Shown here piece by piece: positions 47,020-61,118 of a stretch of DNA of 64,000 nucleotides. Under the pieces are notes generated by a model, which saw only the letters and a program-made list of their open reading frames with translations, did not search any database and was not told the origin of the DNA. The number at the start of each line of letters is the position of its first letter. Within the stretch, counting starts at the first letter, position 1. The stretch comes from Octopus vulgaris (lineage: Eukaryota): the NCBI GenBank assembly GCA_951406725.2, contig CATOCA020000001.1, positions 11,594,001-11,658,000 of the forward strand. Reading direction: 5' to 3'. Position numbers and translations under genes: made by a program.

Positions 47020-48170
47020 ATAGTTTCCTAGTCCCTTGTTCTGAAGGTTCTCAAAATCCAGCCAGCCATATGCCTGCACACTGCAACCATATTGGCGATA
47101 TGGATATGAAACTAGGTATTGTTGCTTATATCAATCCAAGATCATGCTCCGTATGTGATTTTGGCTCATACAATTCACTTAGACACGCCACATTTTATTG
47201 CTGTTTTCGTGGAGAGGGCTCTGTTGGCTGCTACAGCCTGGTCTCTTTCTTTTAAGAAGTCATGCAACCACTCTCTGAGGTTTCCAGTTATGCCAGGTCT
47301 TATTAGTTTGTGACTTATCGTCACATGATCAACCTTACCAAAGGCCACGTTAGAGCGATTTTTTAACTGTATCACCACCTAGCCACTGTACTGCAAAATC
47401 TGTGTAAGGCAGCTTCTTCTATGCCGGGTGTCAGGAGACAAGTAGATACCTTCAAGGAACGCAATTAGTTTCTTCCTGACAATGTGCTCCACGATTTTGC
47501 TGACATGGCTGGTTAGAAAGACAGGTCTATCCTTTTTAGCATTTGCTGTTACCTTCTTTATAAATAGGGCATATTATTCCTTACTTTAACCTTTTGGAAA
47601 GTCTCTCTGATGCAATGAAGATCTGGAAGAGAATCTGATGTGATCTTGCTAGAACCCCTTTGCATTTCTTTAGGAAAATTGCTGGGAATCCATCAGAGCC
47701 TGTGGATGAGTTTGAGCTCACTTCAACAATGGCTGATATCACATCCGTTTCCTCTATTTTGATGCTATCAATAATAGTCATTTCGTTGTGTAGAGCTTTG
47801 GAGCCAAAGAATCATTCAGGCGTAACTACTTGCAAGTGTCCCAATGGAGTGGTAAAACACTCTTGTATTGCACATTGAGTATTTCACTGATCCTCTGGGG
47901 GCCTGTAGTTGGCGAGCCATTTTCTTCGAATAATGGCCCTATTTTATACCATACTAGTGCAGACCTTTTTGCATATCCATAGAAGAATTTAGGGTTTGTC
48001 TTAATATTTGTGACAGCCCTGGCTTCCTTTTCTGCCCTATCCTTTTCAAGAGAGTATTTGAGTTCACTTTCGATCTCGAGCATTGTTTGTTTGAGACGGG
48101 ATCGTTTGTTATTCTTTAGCGACCCCTTTAGACGATTTGAGATTTTTGCACGTTGTCTCATAAGTAAATA
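47020..48170 (-). mobile_element. Degenerate CR1-group ORF2 fragment
   Basis: AEKEARAVTNIKTNPKFFYGYAKR..KIGPL, SSTGSDGFPAIFLKKCK and GITGNLREWLHDFLKERDQAV parallel the ORF2 at 10328-13566. Confidence 0.85.
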
Positions 48171-48208
48171 ATACACATAATTCCTCGTCTCTTTAATATA
48201 GAACTGTA

Positions 48209-48246
<38 letters not shown>

Positions 48247-48359
48247 ATGTATGTATATAAGTATGTATGTATGTATGTATATAAGTATGTATGTATGTAT
48301 GTATATAAGTATGTATGTATATATATATGTATATGTATGTATATATATATGCATACATA

Positions 48360-48424
<65 letters not shown>

Positions 48425-49299
48425 TAATTATTTGAGGGAATATTATTCCCAACTTGCGGGGAAAAATTCAATTTAGAAACACTAAATAACACACACATAT
48501 ATATATTTCACGTGATCACGTGACCAACCAGGCTATCAGACGTTGCTACACGTCGCTGGTCACAACGCGCTTTGCATTGTTTTAGCCTTCAAATGACGCC
48601 ATCCCGCTGGCTAAGCGAGCAGGCCAATATATATATATATATATTGCGCGTAACCCGGAAGGTCACTGACGGTCCAGGTTATAAAATATTGAATCTGATT
48701 TCAACATTAAATAAAATGAAAGTTAATTTTATGATGATTCAGTTAAATATTTCAATTTGTACGTGTCATGAAAGGTGTGGTTTACAACTTAATGGTTTAG
48801 GTTTTAGCAATAGAACTTTCAGGGTAAATTTAAATTCTAGTAACAGCATTTATTTGTGGTATATGTGCACACGTCTACAAAAATGCAAAAGGAATTTTTG
48901 AATAACGTGTATATAAAATTAAAGGGAAATATTTTCCCATTTTAGGGTTATGTTCCTTTCGGAGTATTTTCCCATTATGCACTGTTTTGGCTATTTATGA
49001 AGGTACCCCCAATAACCGCCTATCTCGAGAATCCGTGGTCCGATTTATGCAAAACTTGTTTTTTTCCGTTTGTATTCACATTTCAGGTGTACCTTACTTT
49101 CAGAGCATTTTCCCATTATGCGCCGGTCTGACTATTAAATAACAGACAAGTATGCACGTATGTACACAAACAAAACTGGCGAAACTACGGACAAATTGCT
49201 ACTTTTTAATCAAATTTTCAACATATACCTCTAAGCGGATGTGGTTTCAGAATATATAGGGATTTATGGGAAATAGTTTTTTCCAGAGTGGAGGGAGAG

Positions 49300-50800
49300 G
49301 AGGTTCGAAAAATTCAAACAATGAGACTTCTCCATAACTTTCAGAAAAATGGATATCATTTAATGGAATTTTATACAAATACCTTTCAAAGGAGATAGAT
49401 TACGATTCTAATGAAATTCGCAGGGGAAATATTTTCCGAGGGGATGGGGAGAGGATTTTCGAAAAACGGAGTTTCGGCCCAGAAAGACTAAATATGTTGG
49501 AACTACTCCGTTTTGACGGGCATTTCTCCACCTGTTTTTTTAAAAAACCACCGACTTGGAATTGATGTGGGCGGGGAACATCTTTTTATGAAAAAACATG
49601 TTTAAAAAATATTTTATACACCCCCAACCTTTTTCATCCCACTTCAACTGATTTTAGTTAATTTGTTTGCACTTCAAAACGATGGGAGGAACTTTTAGGT
49701 AAAAACGAAATTGAAAAAAATCAGAGGAAAAGTGAGTGAATTAAGAGATATTTGACAGTTGCTTCTAGCACATCTCAAAACAGCCCTGCTCTTTTCTTTC
49801 TCACTCTCAAATGAATTGATGCTTTTCTATATCCTTCTTCCCCATAAATACATTTACATGCTATAAAAAATTTGAAACATTATGATCTTTTTAAAATCCC
49901 TCTCTCTACCACAATTGTCTTATTTATAAATTACAATTCTGGAGAACCTGAGAAGGTCATTGCTGGCATTTATCCACAGTGATTATAAAACAGTGTTCTG
50001 CAAACGATAATTCATTTTAATAGCATACTTTTCAGTTAGAAAATATTCTTCTTACACACACAGCTTCGCTTAATTGAGGTGGGGACAAGAAACAAAATTA
50101 CAAATTTTTAGTTGCTTATATTCCACCAACGAACCACGCCTACTTTTCAGTTAGAAAATGTTTTTTTTCTTACATGCACACGGCTTCGTTTGATTGAGGT
50201 GGGGGTAAAAATTAACATTACAATTTTTTTTGTTCCTATATCCCATCAACAGACATGTATGTTACTTCGGCAACATCATTCCATTAAATTTTTAATGGGA
50301 AAAAAATTACTGAGAAAACATAAATGTTAAAGTGAAAACGGATGGGGGATTGGGATGTGCTGGAAACAACAGCCAAATCTCCTTTGAATCGTATAGTTTT
50401 CCCTCTGAATATATTTACATTTTTTTTTACCGAAAAGGATCCTCCCATGCTTTCTAAATTTAAAAAACAAACTGCCAAAATCGGTCCGGAGTGGGATGGT
50501 GAGGAATTTCCAAAAACTTTCAACACTTTTTTTTTCCAAAAAAGATGCCCCTCATAATTTCGAAGGCTGTGGTGAAATAAAAATGGGGAAAATCCCCGTG
50601 AAAACAGAGTCGTTCCCACTTATTTGGTCTTCCTGATCCTAAACTCAGTTCTTTCGTAACTACTGTCCTCACCACATTGGAAAAAGCTTCCCCTCAAATT
50701 TATAATCATAATCTATTCCGTTTAAACGGTATTTGTATAAAATTTCATTAAAATAAATCAATTTCCCTGAAAGTTACGAGGGAAAAATTCGGATCTTGTG
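49300..50800. mobile_element. Old foldback/MITE-like element with long diverged inverted arms (about 49300-49735 and 50395-50800)
   Basis: taactttcagaaaaatggatatcatttaatggaattttatacaaatacc is an inverted match of ggtatttgtataaaatttcattaaaataaatcaatttccctgaaagtta; the catcccact and atgggagga blocks are also inverted. Confidence 0.65.
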
Positions 50801-51371
50801 AATTTTGGAAAATGTCTCTCCCGACTACATTGGAGAAATTCTTTTCTATAAATCCCTATATACTCTAAATCCACAGCATTTGTGCTTGGCATGCTGTTGC
50901 CAGGAGGTTTTTGACTATAATACTATATCCAAGAACCACCTGGCAACAGCAACATGCCAAACGAAACGGAAGATATTTAGCGAGATATCTTCTTTAAAAC
51001 AAGACACCCGATGACATGCAGCTGCACCGGAAGATGTAACACAATCTGTTGCACAGTATCCCATCAGCAGTTTTATGAACCCCTTATTAATATAGCAACA
51101 TCAAAAGTAAACATTCGAAATTATAATTCTCCTTAATAGACTTGATCTGCCAATCATATGTGCAGCCTTGTTCATCTCTGCTAAAATTTACTATAATGAT
51201 GGATAAAGATGGATTAGACTGAAACAAGCAGTTTATGACAGCGTAATAGGTTTATCATGCCTCTGACACATACACATAGCAAGTTATAGAGGAACCTTGA
51301 CAGAAATGATACATTGATATCCACCCTGATTTTCATGTAAATTTTCATTTTGTATTATTAACTCCACATAG

Positions 51372-51581
51372 GATTCCGTGAAATTCGATATGGAGGGCGA
51401 TCACAAAATGACACCATTTCTTCAAGCCGTCGAGTGGGGTCACCTTGGTGTAATAAAAGAGTTGTTAGCCAAGGGTGCGAAGGTAAATGCAGTCAACGAT
51501 GAAGGCAACAATTGCCTTCATCTCGCACTGCAGAATGATGCATTCCATTCTGAGGAGGAGCACATTGCTCTTTTAGATAAG
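51372..51581 (+). CDS. Ankyrin/RING gene exon 6: DSVKFDMEGDHKMTPFLQAVEWGHLG...GNNCLHLAL...LLDK
   Basis: cacatag / gtaagt; phase 0 to 0. Confidence 0.93.
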
Positions 51582-52499
51582 GTAAGTTTTATATTTGTGA
51601 GTGAATATATATATATTTGTGTGTGAAGGAGAGTGGGGAAAGAGAGACATTGCTTGTCATGTATCCATTCGCACCACCCAATCCGCTCTTCCGTTACCAT
51701 TTCATGATACAGTCTCACACCATATTATGTAACAAACTATATTACATCACGTTTCACCCCAAATGCTATTGTGCCCCCACCGTAAAGTAGGGAACCCATC
51801 TTGTATGTCGGCCATAGAAACACAGTCATCCCAGTGTGAAGGAGAAGTGACGTAGTAAGGAGAGGAGATATTATTCCTAAATAACAATGATACAGGGTAG
51901 AAGAGAGATCTGCCTGACATAACCTTTATATTGCTGATTCCATGATAAAAAGAACCAGTCTATTCTACGAGGAATTCATAATGAAACAGCTCTCTATCAC
52001 ACTTCTTTCATACCTTATATATGCTCTGACGTTTTGTGGAAATGTCATAAGAATGTTGAAGCTTAGAACACTAGAGAACAGATAGAATGAAGCAAGGCCC
52101 TGATTGCGTTTTCCTGTACATACATTTTGTATATATAATTACACATATACATATACAAAGGTAGCAACATCTTTCCATGTGTAGATCTAATGGCAATTAT
52201 TGTCAGCTGTTGCAGAATTTAAGCAATGCATTGATTCGCAAATAAAGAAAAGTCACTGCAGGTGTGTGACGATATTTCAGACAGTTGATGGCCGTCTGTA
52301 GATTGTAGTAATGTCTATTTTGGTGGGACGAATCTTCCCTGGCAGTTCGCCACACGACCAGAATTCTCTATCAAACTAACAGTATGAACAATTTACTAAC
52401 TAAAATGTGTTGGTGTGCTGTCTCACTCGTGACACCAATTCTTACTTCCTTTACTTCACCTTCATTATCTAAAGATGTTTATTTATTCTGAAATATTAA

Positions 52500-52712
52500 A
52501 AGGCGGCGAGCTGGCACAATCGCTAGAACGCAGGGTGGGTGGAAATGCTTAGCGGTATTTCGTCCGTCTCTACGTTCTCAGTTCAAATTTCGCCGAAATC
52601 AATTTTACCTTTCAACCTTTCGGGGTCGATAAATTCATGTAATCGCATAGTCCCCTTAATGAAACAGGTCTCTATTACACTTCAGGACTTGTTCCTTCAA
52701 TAGAAAGGATTA
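52500..52712 (+). mobile_element. Family B SINE
   Basis: aaggcggcgagctggcacaatcgctag...agttcaaatttcgccg...cggggtcgataaa. Confidence 0.8.
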
Positions 52713-53086
52713 ATTATGGATATATTATTGATATGTTTTGGATATGTCTGTATGATATTGATTTTGTTCTGTTTGAAGAACTTGCTATTTTGTAGGTGTT
52801 TTCTTTTCTGATATAACTTATATTATTATCATTGTTTTTGCGTTATATGTATTTATAACACAACAAATGTATCTCACCATGCTTCTATAAGTATTTCTTT
52901 TGGTATGACCAATCCGTTTTACCAAGCTAGTTTTATAAATAGATTCTTGTTGATTTGTTTTGTATTTTATTATTTTGATATTTGTTCCATTATATTTCTT
53001 ATATTTGACATGAAGCTATGATTTTTTTTGTATCTATAATATATATTTGTGTATTATTGAACTTACCATTGTTTAATCATTTGTAG

Positions 53087-53262
53087 TGTGCCTTTAAGCT
53101 CTCTCTGACCCAGGGAAATAGGACTTGTAGCACTGTAGTTGCTACATACCTATTTCATTTTGGAGCCAACTTTTACCACCCAAATGGAAAGAAAGTGATT
53201 CCGCTGGACCTTATTCGGGACACAAATTTGAAAGAAAAATTAAAAACCTTTTTACCACCACC
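53087..53262 (+). CDS. Ankyrin/RING gene exon 7: CAFKLSLTQGNRTCSTVVATYLFHFGANFYHPNGKKVIPLDLIRDTNLKEKLKTFLPP
   Basis: ttgtag / gtaagt; phase 0 to 2; parallels the Mind bomb segment IACFLA..GADL...NKKGQ.PLDL. Confidence 0.9.
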
Positions 53263-53746
53263 GTAAGTATTTCCTGACAATGGCAAGATAAACCTTTATC
53301 TTTTCTATTTTGCATGTAATCATGTTTAGAGCACAGGTCTACTACAACTAACTGGAAAAGGTTTAAAGAGGGGACAAGAAGCAGCAGTTCGTCAAGTAAA
53401 GACAGCAGTGAAAGCTGGATCATGCAAAATACAAAGAATGAAAGAGAATGACAGAAAAGAGAACAGTTAAAGAGTAATAAAGAGGAAAAAGGTGCATAGG
53501 TAGATCAGGTGTAGTGTTGGGGAATTTGAAGAAGTAGGGAATGTTCTGAAGCATGCGGTGTCCTGACAGCTAACGATCGTGAGCAGGGGAAAATATTTCT
53601 GAAAGTCATGGGGGTTGCACTGTTTATTGTTTTTATTTTTTGTATGTGTGTGTGTGCATGCGGGGATGTGCATGCGTGTGTGTGTGTGTGTGTGTGTGTG
53701 TGCATTTGCATGTGTGCACTGTTCGTATATACAAAAATCTGTTTGA

Positions 53747-54035
53747 ATCATCATCATCATCATCATCATTTAGCGTCCGCTTTCCATGCTACCATGGGTT
53801 GGACGGTTGAACTGGGGTCTGGGAGGCCAGAAGGCTGCACCAGGCCCAGTCTGATCTGGCAATGTTTCTACGGCTGGATGCCCTTCCTAACGCCAACCAC
53901 TCCGTGAGTGTCGTGGGTGCTTTTTACGTGCCACCGTCACAAGTGCCAGACGGGGCTGGCTAACGGCCACGGTCGGATGGTGCATTTTACGTGCCACCGG
54001 CACGGAGGCCATCGGGGCGGCGCTGGCAACGGCCA
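53747..54035 (-). mobile_element. Short retroelement with an RTE-like 3' end and (GAT)n tail; further copies at 58028-58420 and 60507-60965
   Basis: (cat)n-ttagcgtccgctttccatgct...tggatgcccttcctaacgccaaccactccg shared among the copies. Confidence 0.75.
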
Positions 54036-54178
54036 AATTGTTAAAAGAAATCTTTCTAATGTAGTCTTACTCTTCATTGTAATGTCTCGTAATATTCTCT
54101 ACTCTGAACAGGTACAAAATGTAATCTTTATTATAAATGAAAATTATTGTCGGGATGTGTTTGTATTTTGTTCCACAG

Positions 54179-54318
54179 GTGTACGTATTGTCGAGTTAGA
54201 GCCTCTGCAGAATCCAAACCCTGTGAACATATAGCCCTCTGTCGTGATTGTTGTATCAGAATTAAGGGGGAATCATGCCCCACTTGTCATCAGCCAATAA
54301 GTGGTGTGAGAGAATTTG
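54179..54318 (+). CDS. Ankyrin/RING gene exon 8: RING-HC finger CTYC...PCEHIALCRDC...CPTC
   Basis: ttccacag / gtaaga; phase 2 to 1; C3HC4 ligand spacing of the MIB/IAP type. Confidence 0.93.
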
Positions 54319-55637
54319 GTAAGAAAACTATTTGATAATCTGTCTGTTTGTCTCATTGACTTTATGATATATAATACGTATATATAGTATTTAATGTGCT
54401 TCAGAATTGTCGTGTAGACCCAGATCTGCCATAATCTGGCAGATTCATGTTGAAAGATGTTCCAGGTGTCATTTCTCTGTGATAGTGTATCTCTCACTAC
54501 ATCCACAAAACATTGCCTTTATCCAAATAGAAGACTTGTCACATTTCAAGAGCGTCCTGTCTGCAGCACAAGACTAATGAATCATGCTGCAGCACAAGAC
54601 TAATGAATGATACAGCAAGATAATTTGCAACTAACTGAAATATCAGTACATCCGTTTTTATATCAGTAAACACCAATTTCTAACAATTGATTGTGAGTCA
54701 TCAAAGTTGATTAATGATTTATCAGTATCTAGGGAAGGTGATGATTAAAGACAAAGATATTCCCAAGAACATCATTTCGAGCTTTGCTGAAGTAAGATAT
54801 TTAATCATAAAATCTCAGGTGAGAGTTTGAGAACCAGCATTAGAAAGTCTGACTGTTAAATCGGTTGTTCTGTGTAGGTGTAAATACTGGCAACTTGTAA
54901 AAAACGACATGGATATTTTATAAAGTTGTCCTCCGGAAATACATAAAGATCTCAAATAATTGCTTGATATGAGATATCATCTCTTGCGGTATATACACAG
55001 AAGGTCACAACTTCGAATATATACTCTAGAAAGTAAATAAAACAAAATTGAATATTAACTCTGTATCAGAATATTGATCATTAAATTACTTTTATCGAAT
55101 GGCTATTTTGTTCTGTCTTGTAAGGGTGATAATACCCAACTCTGCTGCTGGGACTTCGATTCAGCTTTTGAAATATCAGACTCAAACACACAACTACTCA
55201 TTTAATTTTCCATTGATATTACTGTTAATCTCTCCGTTTTCTCTTTCGTTTCTTATATCTGTGCCAGATCTATGACATGGCATCGTTCTCTCACCTCTAG
55301 ACTTCCCAAACCAACATGTTCCTATCTTCTGCTTGATTCTAATGTCAACCAAGTTGGTCATCGAAGTTGGTCATGGTTAGATTATGTAGGATGTCTTAAT
55401 AGGCAGCGGAGATTTAAGAAGATTAGAGATTTAAGAGTTAAGAAGGTTTGAAGGTTATTTTGTTGTGCACCTAAATATTGAGCTATTAAATGGTAAAACC
55501 GTTGAATCTGTCTTCCAAAACCATAATGGTCACCAGTTGTTCATTTATGATACGAATGGCTCACAATAATATAGATTATTAATAAAGATAAAGAAAATTT
55601 TTCTATAAAGTATAAAACTTGAAAACACATATCTCAG

Positions 55638-55688
55638 GGAGTCCAAATTTTAAAGAGAAGGAAGCCAAGATGATGGCAGGGGCAGTTA
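55638..55688 (+). CDS. Mini-exon 9 (51 nt, phase 1-1): GSPNFKEKEAKMMAGAV
   Basis: atctcag / gtgagt; flanking intron sequence homologous to that of mini-exons 10-12. Confidence 0.65.
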
Positions 55689-55754
55689 GTGAGTATAAAT
55701 TAAAAGTACCTTATAGATTTCTATAAATTAACAGTACCTTATCACCGTTATCAC

Positions 55755-56010
55755 TGTGACCGACCAGGCTATCAGATGTTGCTACACATCGCTGGTTACA
55801 ATGCGCTTCGCATTGAGTTAGCCTTCAAGTGGCGCCACCCCGCTGGCTAAGCGAGCAGGCCAACAGAAGAAAGAGTGAGAGAAAGTTGTGGCGAAAGAGT
55901 ACAGCAGGGATCGCTACAACCCCCCCAGCCGGAGCCTCGTGGAACTTTAGGAGTTTTCGCTCAATAAACACTCACAACGCCCGGTCTGGGAATCGAAACC
56001 GCGATCCTAC
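55755..56010 (-). mobile_element. Family C SINE with probable TSD (aacagtacYttat at about 55729 and 56034)
   Basis: Head matches 4414-4550 in reverse; a 3' fragment of the same tail is at 48510-48627. Confidence 0.8.
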
Positions 56011-57698
56011 AACTGTGGGCCGTTGCGCCTCCACAACAGTACTTTATAGATTTCTATAGCATTTATCTTCGCCTGAGTGATTTTACTTGTCAGGCTGATC
56101 GAGAACAAGTTCCGTTCTTAATTTCTATTTGTAAGATTAGGTGTAACATGATTCTATTAAATATTCCACTGAAATTTCATAAAATCAAGGTTAACTTGGT
56201 TGGTAAAATGGTTAAATAAGAAGACACAATAGAGTTAATGATGTCTTTTAGGACAGAGAACTAAAACATTTTGTTGTTTATTTGTAAACAGGTGAGTTAA
56301 CGAGAAAGTTTTTTGTTTCTTTTGCTACTAAGGTCTTTCCTAAGTTTTCTGATAGGTTATTGTTGTTGTTGTTGTTATGTAGCCAGATGTCTGTCATGAC
56401 ATGTTGTTTAGGTACCTACCCTGAATGTCTCAGGTCAGAATAACTTTGTTATAAATTAAAGAAATTAAAAATCAAATCTCTAAGAGTATAAGTATAATGA
56501 TCATTAACGTTGATTAAATATTAAATTTAGTATTGAACGGTGAACATCTGTTTGCATTTAAACAAAACATTGGTGTTGACATAAAATATAAAGATAGGAA
56601 TTAAATATGAGTTCCCTGTGTGACTTGATCTCACAAATCCTTGTTTGTAACTATATATAATATACACTTATTACATTGTTTGAACAACATTTACCATCCA
56701 TATAGTCATTCTTTTTCTCACTCTTGTTAGATTTTAGATGATATTAATGCTAAAAGAGGCACAGTTTTCTAAGTGTTTCACCCTTTGGTCTTGATTGTTG
56801 GGTTCAAATTATTTGATGGAAGTTAGTCATTGTTATTTGACCGGGAAATGAATTAATCATTAGTATTTGGCAGTAGACTTGGTTATATCTTTCTTCGTTT
56901 GCTCATGGAACTACCATAATATTAGCTGTGCTGAGACACAATCATATTCATAGTAATGAAGGCTATATGTTCTTTACTCAGATTATATACAATCTATATT
57001 GATATCTAGTATTGCACCGTCAAGCACATTGCCATTGTATCACATATATACCCAATTATCATGATAATTAATAAGCTATAATTCATTAACTCTCTTACAT
57101 TTGTATGTCTGAAATGTAAACATACTTTGTGATAGGAACATCGTGTACCCTCACCTTACATTTTATATCTTGTTAGGGATCATGTTGGGGAAGGGTGTAT
57201 GGAATTTGGCTTGTGCAGATGTGTTTTAGGGGACAGATTGTGTGCAGAGTGGAGGGTATACACATAAAGGACATGTCTTTATGGGCTCAGTTTCACTTAA
57301 TTAGAGAGGAATGTTTATTAGTGAATTCTAGAGATGAGAAGACTGTGCCATGCCATAGATTTGGCAGAGTTATAAGAAAAGAAAGACAAAGCTAAGAGAA
57401 AACTGTCATCAAGTGTTAATTTTAATGAGATAATTGCTACATTGTTAGAATATTTAATGTGTTTCTAGAGAGAGAGAGGGTGGATTTAGAGATGTTAGTC
57501 TGTTTTATTGTGGACATATTGGGCTATTACATGGGACCACTGTAGAAAGTACAGAAATATTGACCAAAACCATAATGGTCAACAGTTGACCAGTAACGAC
57601 AGGAATTGAATGTCTCACAATAACAAGATAGAGTTTAATAAAAATAAAGATAAAGAAAGTTTATTATTAAATGTAAAACTTGGAAATATTTATTTCAG

Positions 57699-57776
57699 AG
57701 GCTCCAAAGTTTGAGGACAGGTGTGTACAAACAGAGGCTACATGTCAGGAATTAGGGGCTACATCTCAGGCAATTG
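57699..57776 (+). CDS. Mini-exon 10 (78 nt, phase 1-1): APKFEDRCVQTEATCQELGATSQAI
   Basis: tatttcag / gtgagt; open reading frame; length divisible by 3. Confidence 0.75.
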
Positions 57777-58431
57777 GTGAGTATAAAATAATAGTTCCCA
57801 ATTGATTTCTGTAAGGTTTTCTTCCCCCGAGTATATTGTGCTTGAAAGAATAACTGAAAACAGCTTCCATTCCTATTTTCCAATTGAATGATTATCTGTA
57901 TAATAATTGAATTAAAGATATCGATTTACTGATAGTTTATGAAATACCCATTGAGGTTAATGCTGTTGGTAATAATGTTCAAATTAGAAGACACAATAGA
58001 GTTAATTTTGTCATTTGGTCACAGAACTCATCATCATCATCATCATCATCATTTAACATCCGTTTCTTATGGTGGCATGGGTCGGACGATTTCACTGGCA
58101 AGGCAGTAGGCTGCGCCAGGCCCCAATGTGATCTGGCAAGGTTTCCACATATGTATGCCATTCCTAACGCCAACCACTCCGAGAGTGTGGTGGGTGCCTT
58201 TTACGAGCCACCGACACAGGATCCAGTTGAAGTGGGAGCTGGCATCGACCACGTTCGGATGGTGCTTTTTACGTGCCACCGGCACAGGGAACTAGTCAGG
58301 CGGCAGTGACAAGGACCTATGCTTCTATGGTACTTATAACGTGACACGGGAACAGGTGCCAGTCAGGTGGCACTGGCATCGGTCACAACTACAATTTCCA
58401 TTTTGATTTCGATCTTGAATTGCTTTTGATT

Positions 58432-58600
58432 TTTCATTTCTGTTATTGCCTGGTGGACTATGATGAAAACGAGGGGTTCAGGAATGATCCCTAGTGAACT
58501 ACTTCTATCCGGAATTCTTCACTATACTCATTGCCGATCCTCACATTACTACAGGGCCTCTTCAACTCTTATAATCGCTCGTCAATCCCTAGTTTCCGCA
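58432..58600 (-). mobile_element. Internal RTE-clade RT fragment at the duplication junction
   Basis: MRKLGIDE...VRIGNEYSEEFRIEV.H*GS.LNP..FIIVHQAITDE (RTE GVHQGSVLSPLLF region). Confidence 0.75.
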
Positions 58601-60176
58601 TTAGCTGTAAAAAGGATTCTATTAAATATTCCACTTAAATTTCATAAAATCAAGGTAAACGTGGTTGGTAAAATGGTTAAATAAGAAGACACAATAGAGT
58701 TAATGATGTCTTTTAGGACAGAGAACTAAAACATTTTGTTGTTTATTAATAAACAGGTGAGTTAACGAGAAAGATTTTGTTTCTTTTACTACTAAGGTCT
58801 TTCCTAAGTTTTCTGATAGGTTATTGTTGTTGTTGTTATGTAGCCAGATGTCTGTCATGATATGTTGTTTAGGTACCTACCCTGAATGTCTCAGGTCAGA
58901 ATAACTTTGTTATAAATTAAAGAAATTAAAAATCAAATCTCTAAGATTATAAGTATAATGATCATTAACGTTGATTAAATATTAACTTTAGTATTGAACG
59001 GTGAACATCTGTTTGCATTTAAACAAAACATTGGTGTTGACATAAAATATAAAGATAGGAATTAAATATGAGTTCCCTGTGTGACTTGATCTCACAAATC
59101 CTTGTTTGTAACTATATATAATATACACTTATTACATTGTTTGAACAACATTTACCATCCATATAGTCATTCTTTTTCTCACTCTTGTTAGATTTTAGAT
59201 GATATTAATGCTAAAAGAGGCACAGTTTTCTGAGTGTTTCACCCTTTGGTCTTGATTGTTGCGTTCAAATTATTTAATGAAAGATAGTCATTGTTATTTG
59301 ACCAGGAAATGAATTAATCATTAGTATTTGGCAGTGGACTTGGTTATATCTTTCTTCGTTTGCTCATGGAACTACCATAATATTAGCTGTGCTGAGACAC
59401 AATCATATTCATAGTAATGAAGGCTATATGTTCTTTACTCAGATTATATACAATCTATATTGATATCTAGTATTGCACTGTCAAGCACAGTGCCATTGTA
59501 TCACATATATACCCAATTATCATGATAATTAATAAGCTATAATTCATTAACTCTCTTACATTTGTATGTCTGAAATGTAAACATATTTTGTCATAGGAAC
59601 ATCCTGTACCCTCACCTTACATTTTACACCTTGTTAGGGATCATGTTGGGGAAGGGTGTATGGAATTTGGCTTGTGGAGATGATTTTTAGGGGACAGATT
59701 GTGTGCGGGGTGGAGGGGATACACATAAAGGACATCTTTATGGCCTCAGTGTTACTTAATTAGAGAGGAATGTTTATTAGTGAATTCTAGAGATGAGAAG
59801 ACTGTGCCATGCCATAGATTTGGCACAGTTATAAGAAAAGAAAGACAAAGCTAAGAGAAAACTGTCATCAAGTGTTAATTAAATGAGATAATTGCAACAT
59901 TGTTAGAATATTTAATGTGTTTTTAGAGAGAGAGAGAGAGAGAGAGAGAGGCAGAGGGTGGATTTAGGAATGTTAGTCTGTTTTATTGTGGACATATTGA
60001 GCTATTACATGGGACCACTTTAGAAAGTACAGAAATATTGACCAAAACCATAATGGTCAACAGTTGACCAGTAACAACAGGAATTGAATGTCTCACAATA
60101 ACAAGATAGAATTTAATAAAAATAAAGATAAAGAAAGTTTATTATTAAATGTAAAACTTGGAAATATTTATTTCAG

Positions 60177-60254
60177 AGGCTCCAAAGTTTGAAGACAGGT
60201 GTGTACAAACAGAGGCTACATGTCAGGAATTAGGGGCTACATCTCAGGCAATTG
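60177..60254 (+). CDS. Mini-exon 11 (78 nt, phase 1-1): APKFEDRCVQTEATCQELGATSQAI
   Basis: tttcag / gtgagt; differs from mini-exon 10 by one synonymous change (GAG/GAA). Confidence 0.75.
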
Positions 60255-60505
60255 GTGAGTATAAAATAATAGTTCCCAATTGATTTCTGTAAGGTTTTCT
60301 TCCCCCGAGTATATTGTGCTTGAAAGAATAACTGAAAACTGCTTCCATTCCTATTTTCCAATTGAACGATTATCTGTATAATAATTGAATTAAAGATATC
60401 GATTTACTGAGAGTTTATGAAATACCCATTGAGGTTAATGCTGTTGGTAATAATGTTTAAATTAGAAGACACAATAGAGTTAATTTTGTCATTTGGTCAC
60501 GGAAC

Positions 60506-60552
<47 letters not shown>

Positions 60553-61061
60553 GTTTAACGTCCGTTTTTATAGTAGCATGGGTCGGACGATTTCACTGGC
60601 AAGGCAGTAGGCTGCGTCAGGCTCCAATGTGATCTGGAAAGGTTTCCACATATGTATGCCATTCCTAATGCCAACCACTCCGAGAGTGTGGTGGGTGCTT
60701 TCTACGTGCCACCGACACAGGAGCCAGTTGAGGTGGGAGCTGGCATTGACCACGTTTGGATGGTGCTTTTTACGTGCCACCGGCACAGGGAACCAGTCAG
60801 GCGGAACTAGTAACAAACCACGCTTGAATGGTACTTATTACGTGCCAACGGCACAGGTGTCAGTCAGGCGGCACTGGCATCGGCCATAATTACAATTTCC
60901 ATTTTGATTTCGATCTTGTTTTGATTTTGATTTGTGATTTCTGGTTTTTGGTTTTACTTGACTCAAAGGAATTGAATGTCTCACAACAAGAAAGAGTTTA
61001 TTTAAAATAACGATAAAGAAATTCTATTATTAATTCTAAAACTTGGATATATTTATTTTAG

Positions 61062-61118
61062 AGTCTCCAAAGTCTGAAGACAAGTGTGTACAAACAGAGG
61101 TTGCGTCTGAGGAAATTG
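61062..61118 (+). CDS. Mini-exon 12 (57 nt, phase 1-1): SPKSEDKCVQTEVASEEI
   Basis: attttag / gtgagt; older paralogue of mini-exons 10 and 11. Confidence 0.75.

Larger units (their letters stand above)
56151..60918. repeat. Recent tandem duplication (56151-58418 and 58616-60918, offset about 2.47 kb)
   Basis: Long near-identical runs starting attctattaaatattccact, including the duplicated mini-exon and retroelement. Confidence 0.95.

Noticed and set aside
52250-52400. Possible Tc1-like N-terminal relic on the minus strand
   Set aside because: Similarity too weak to call without a database search
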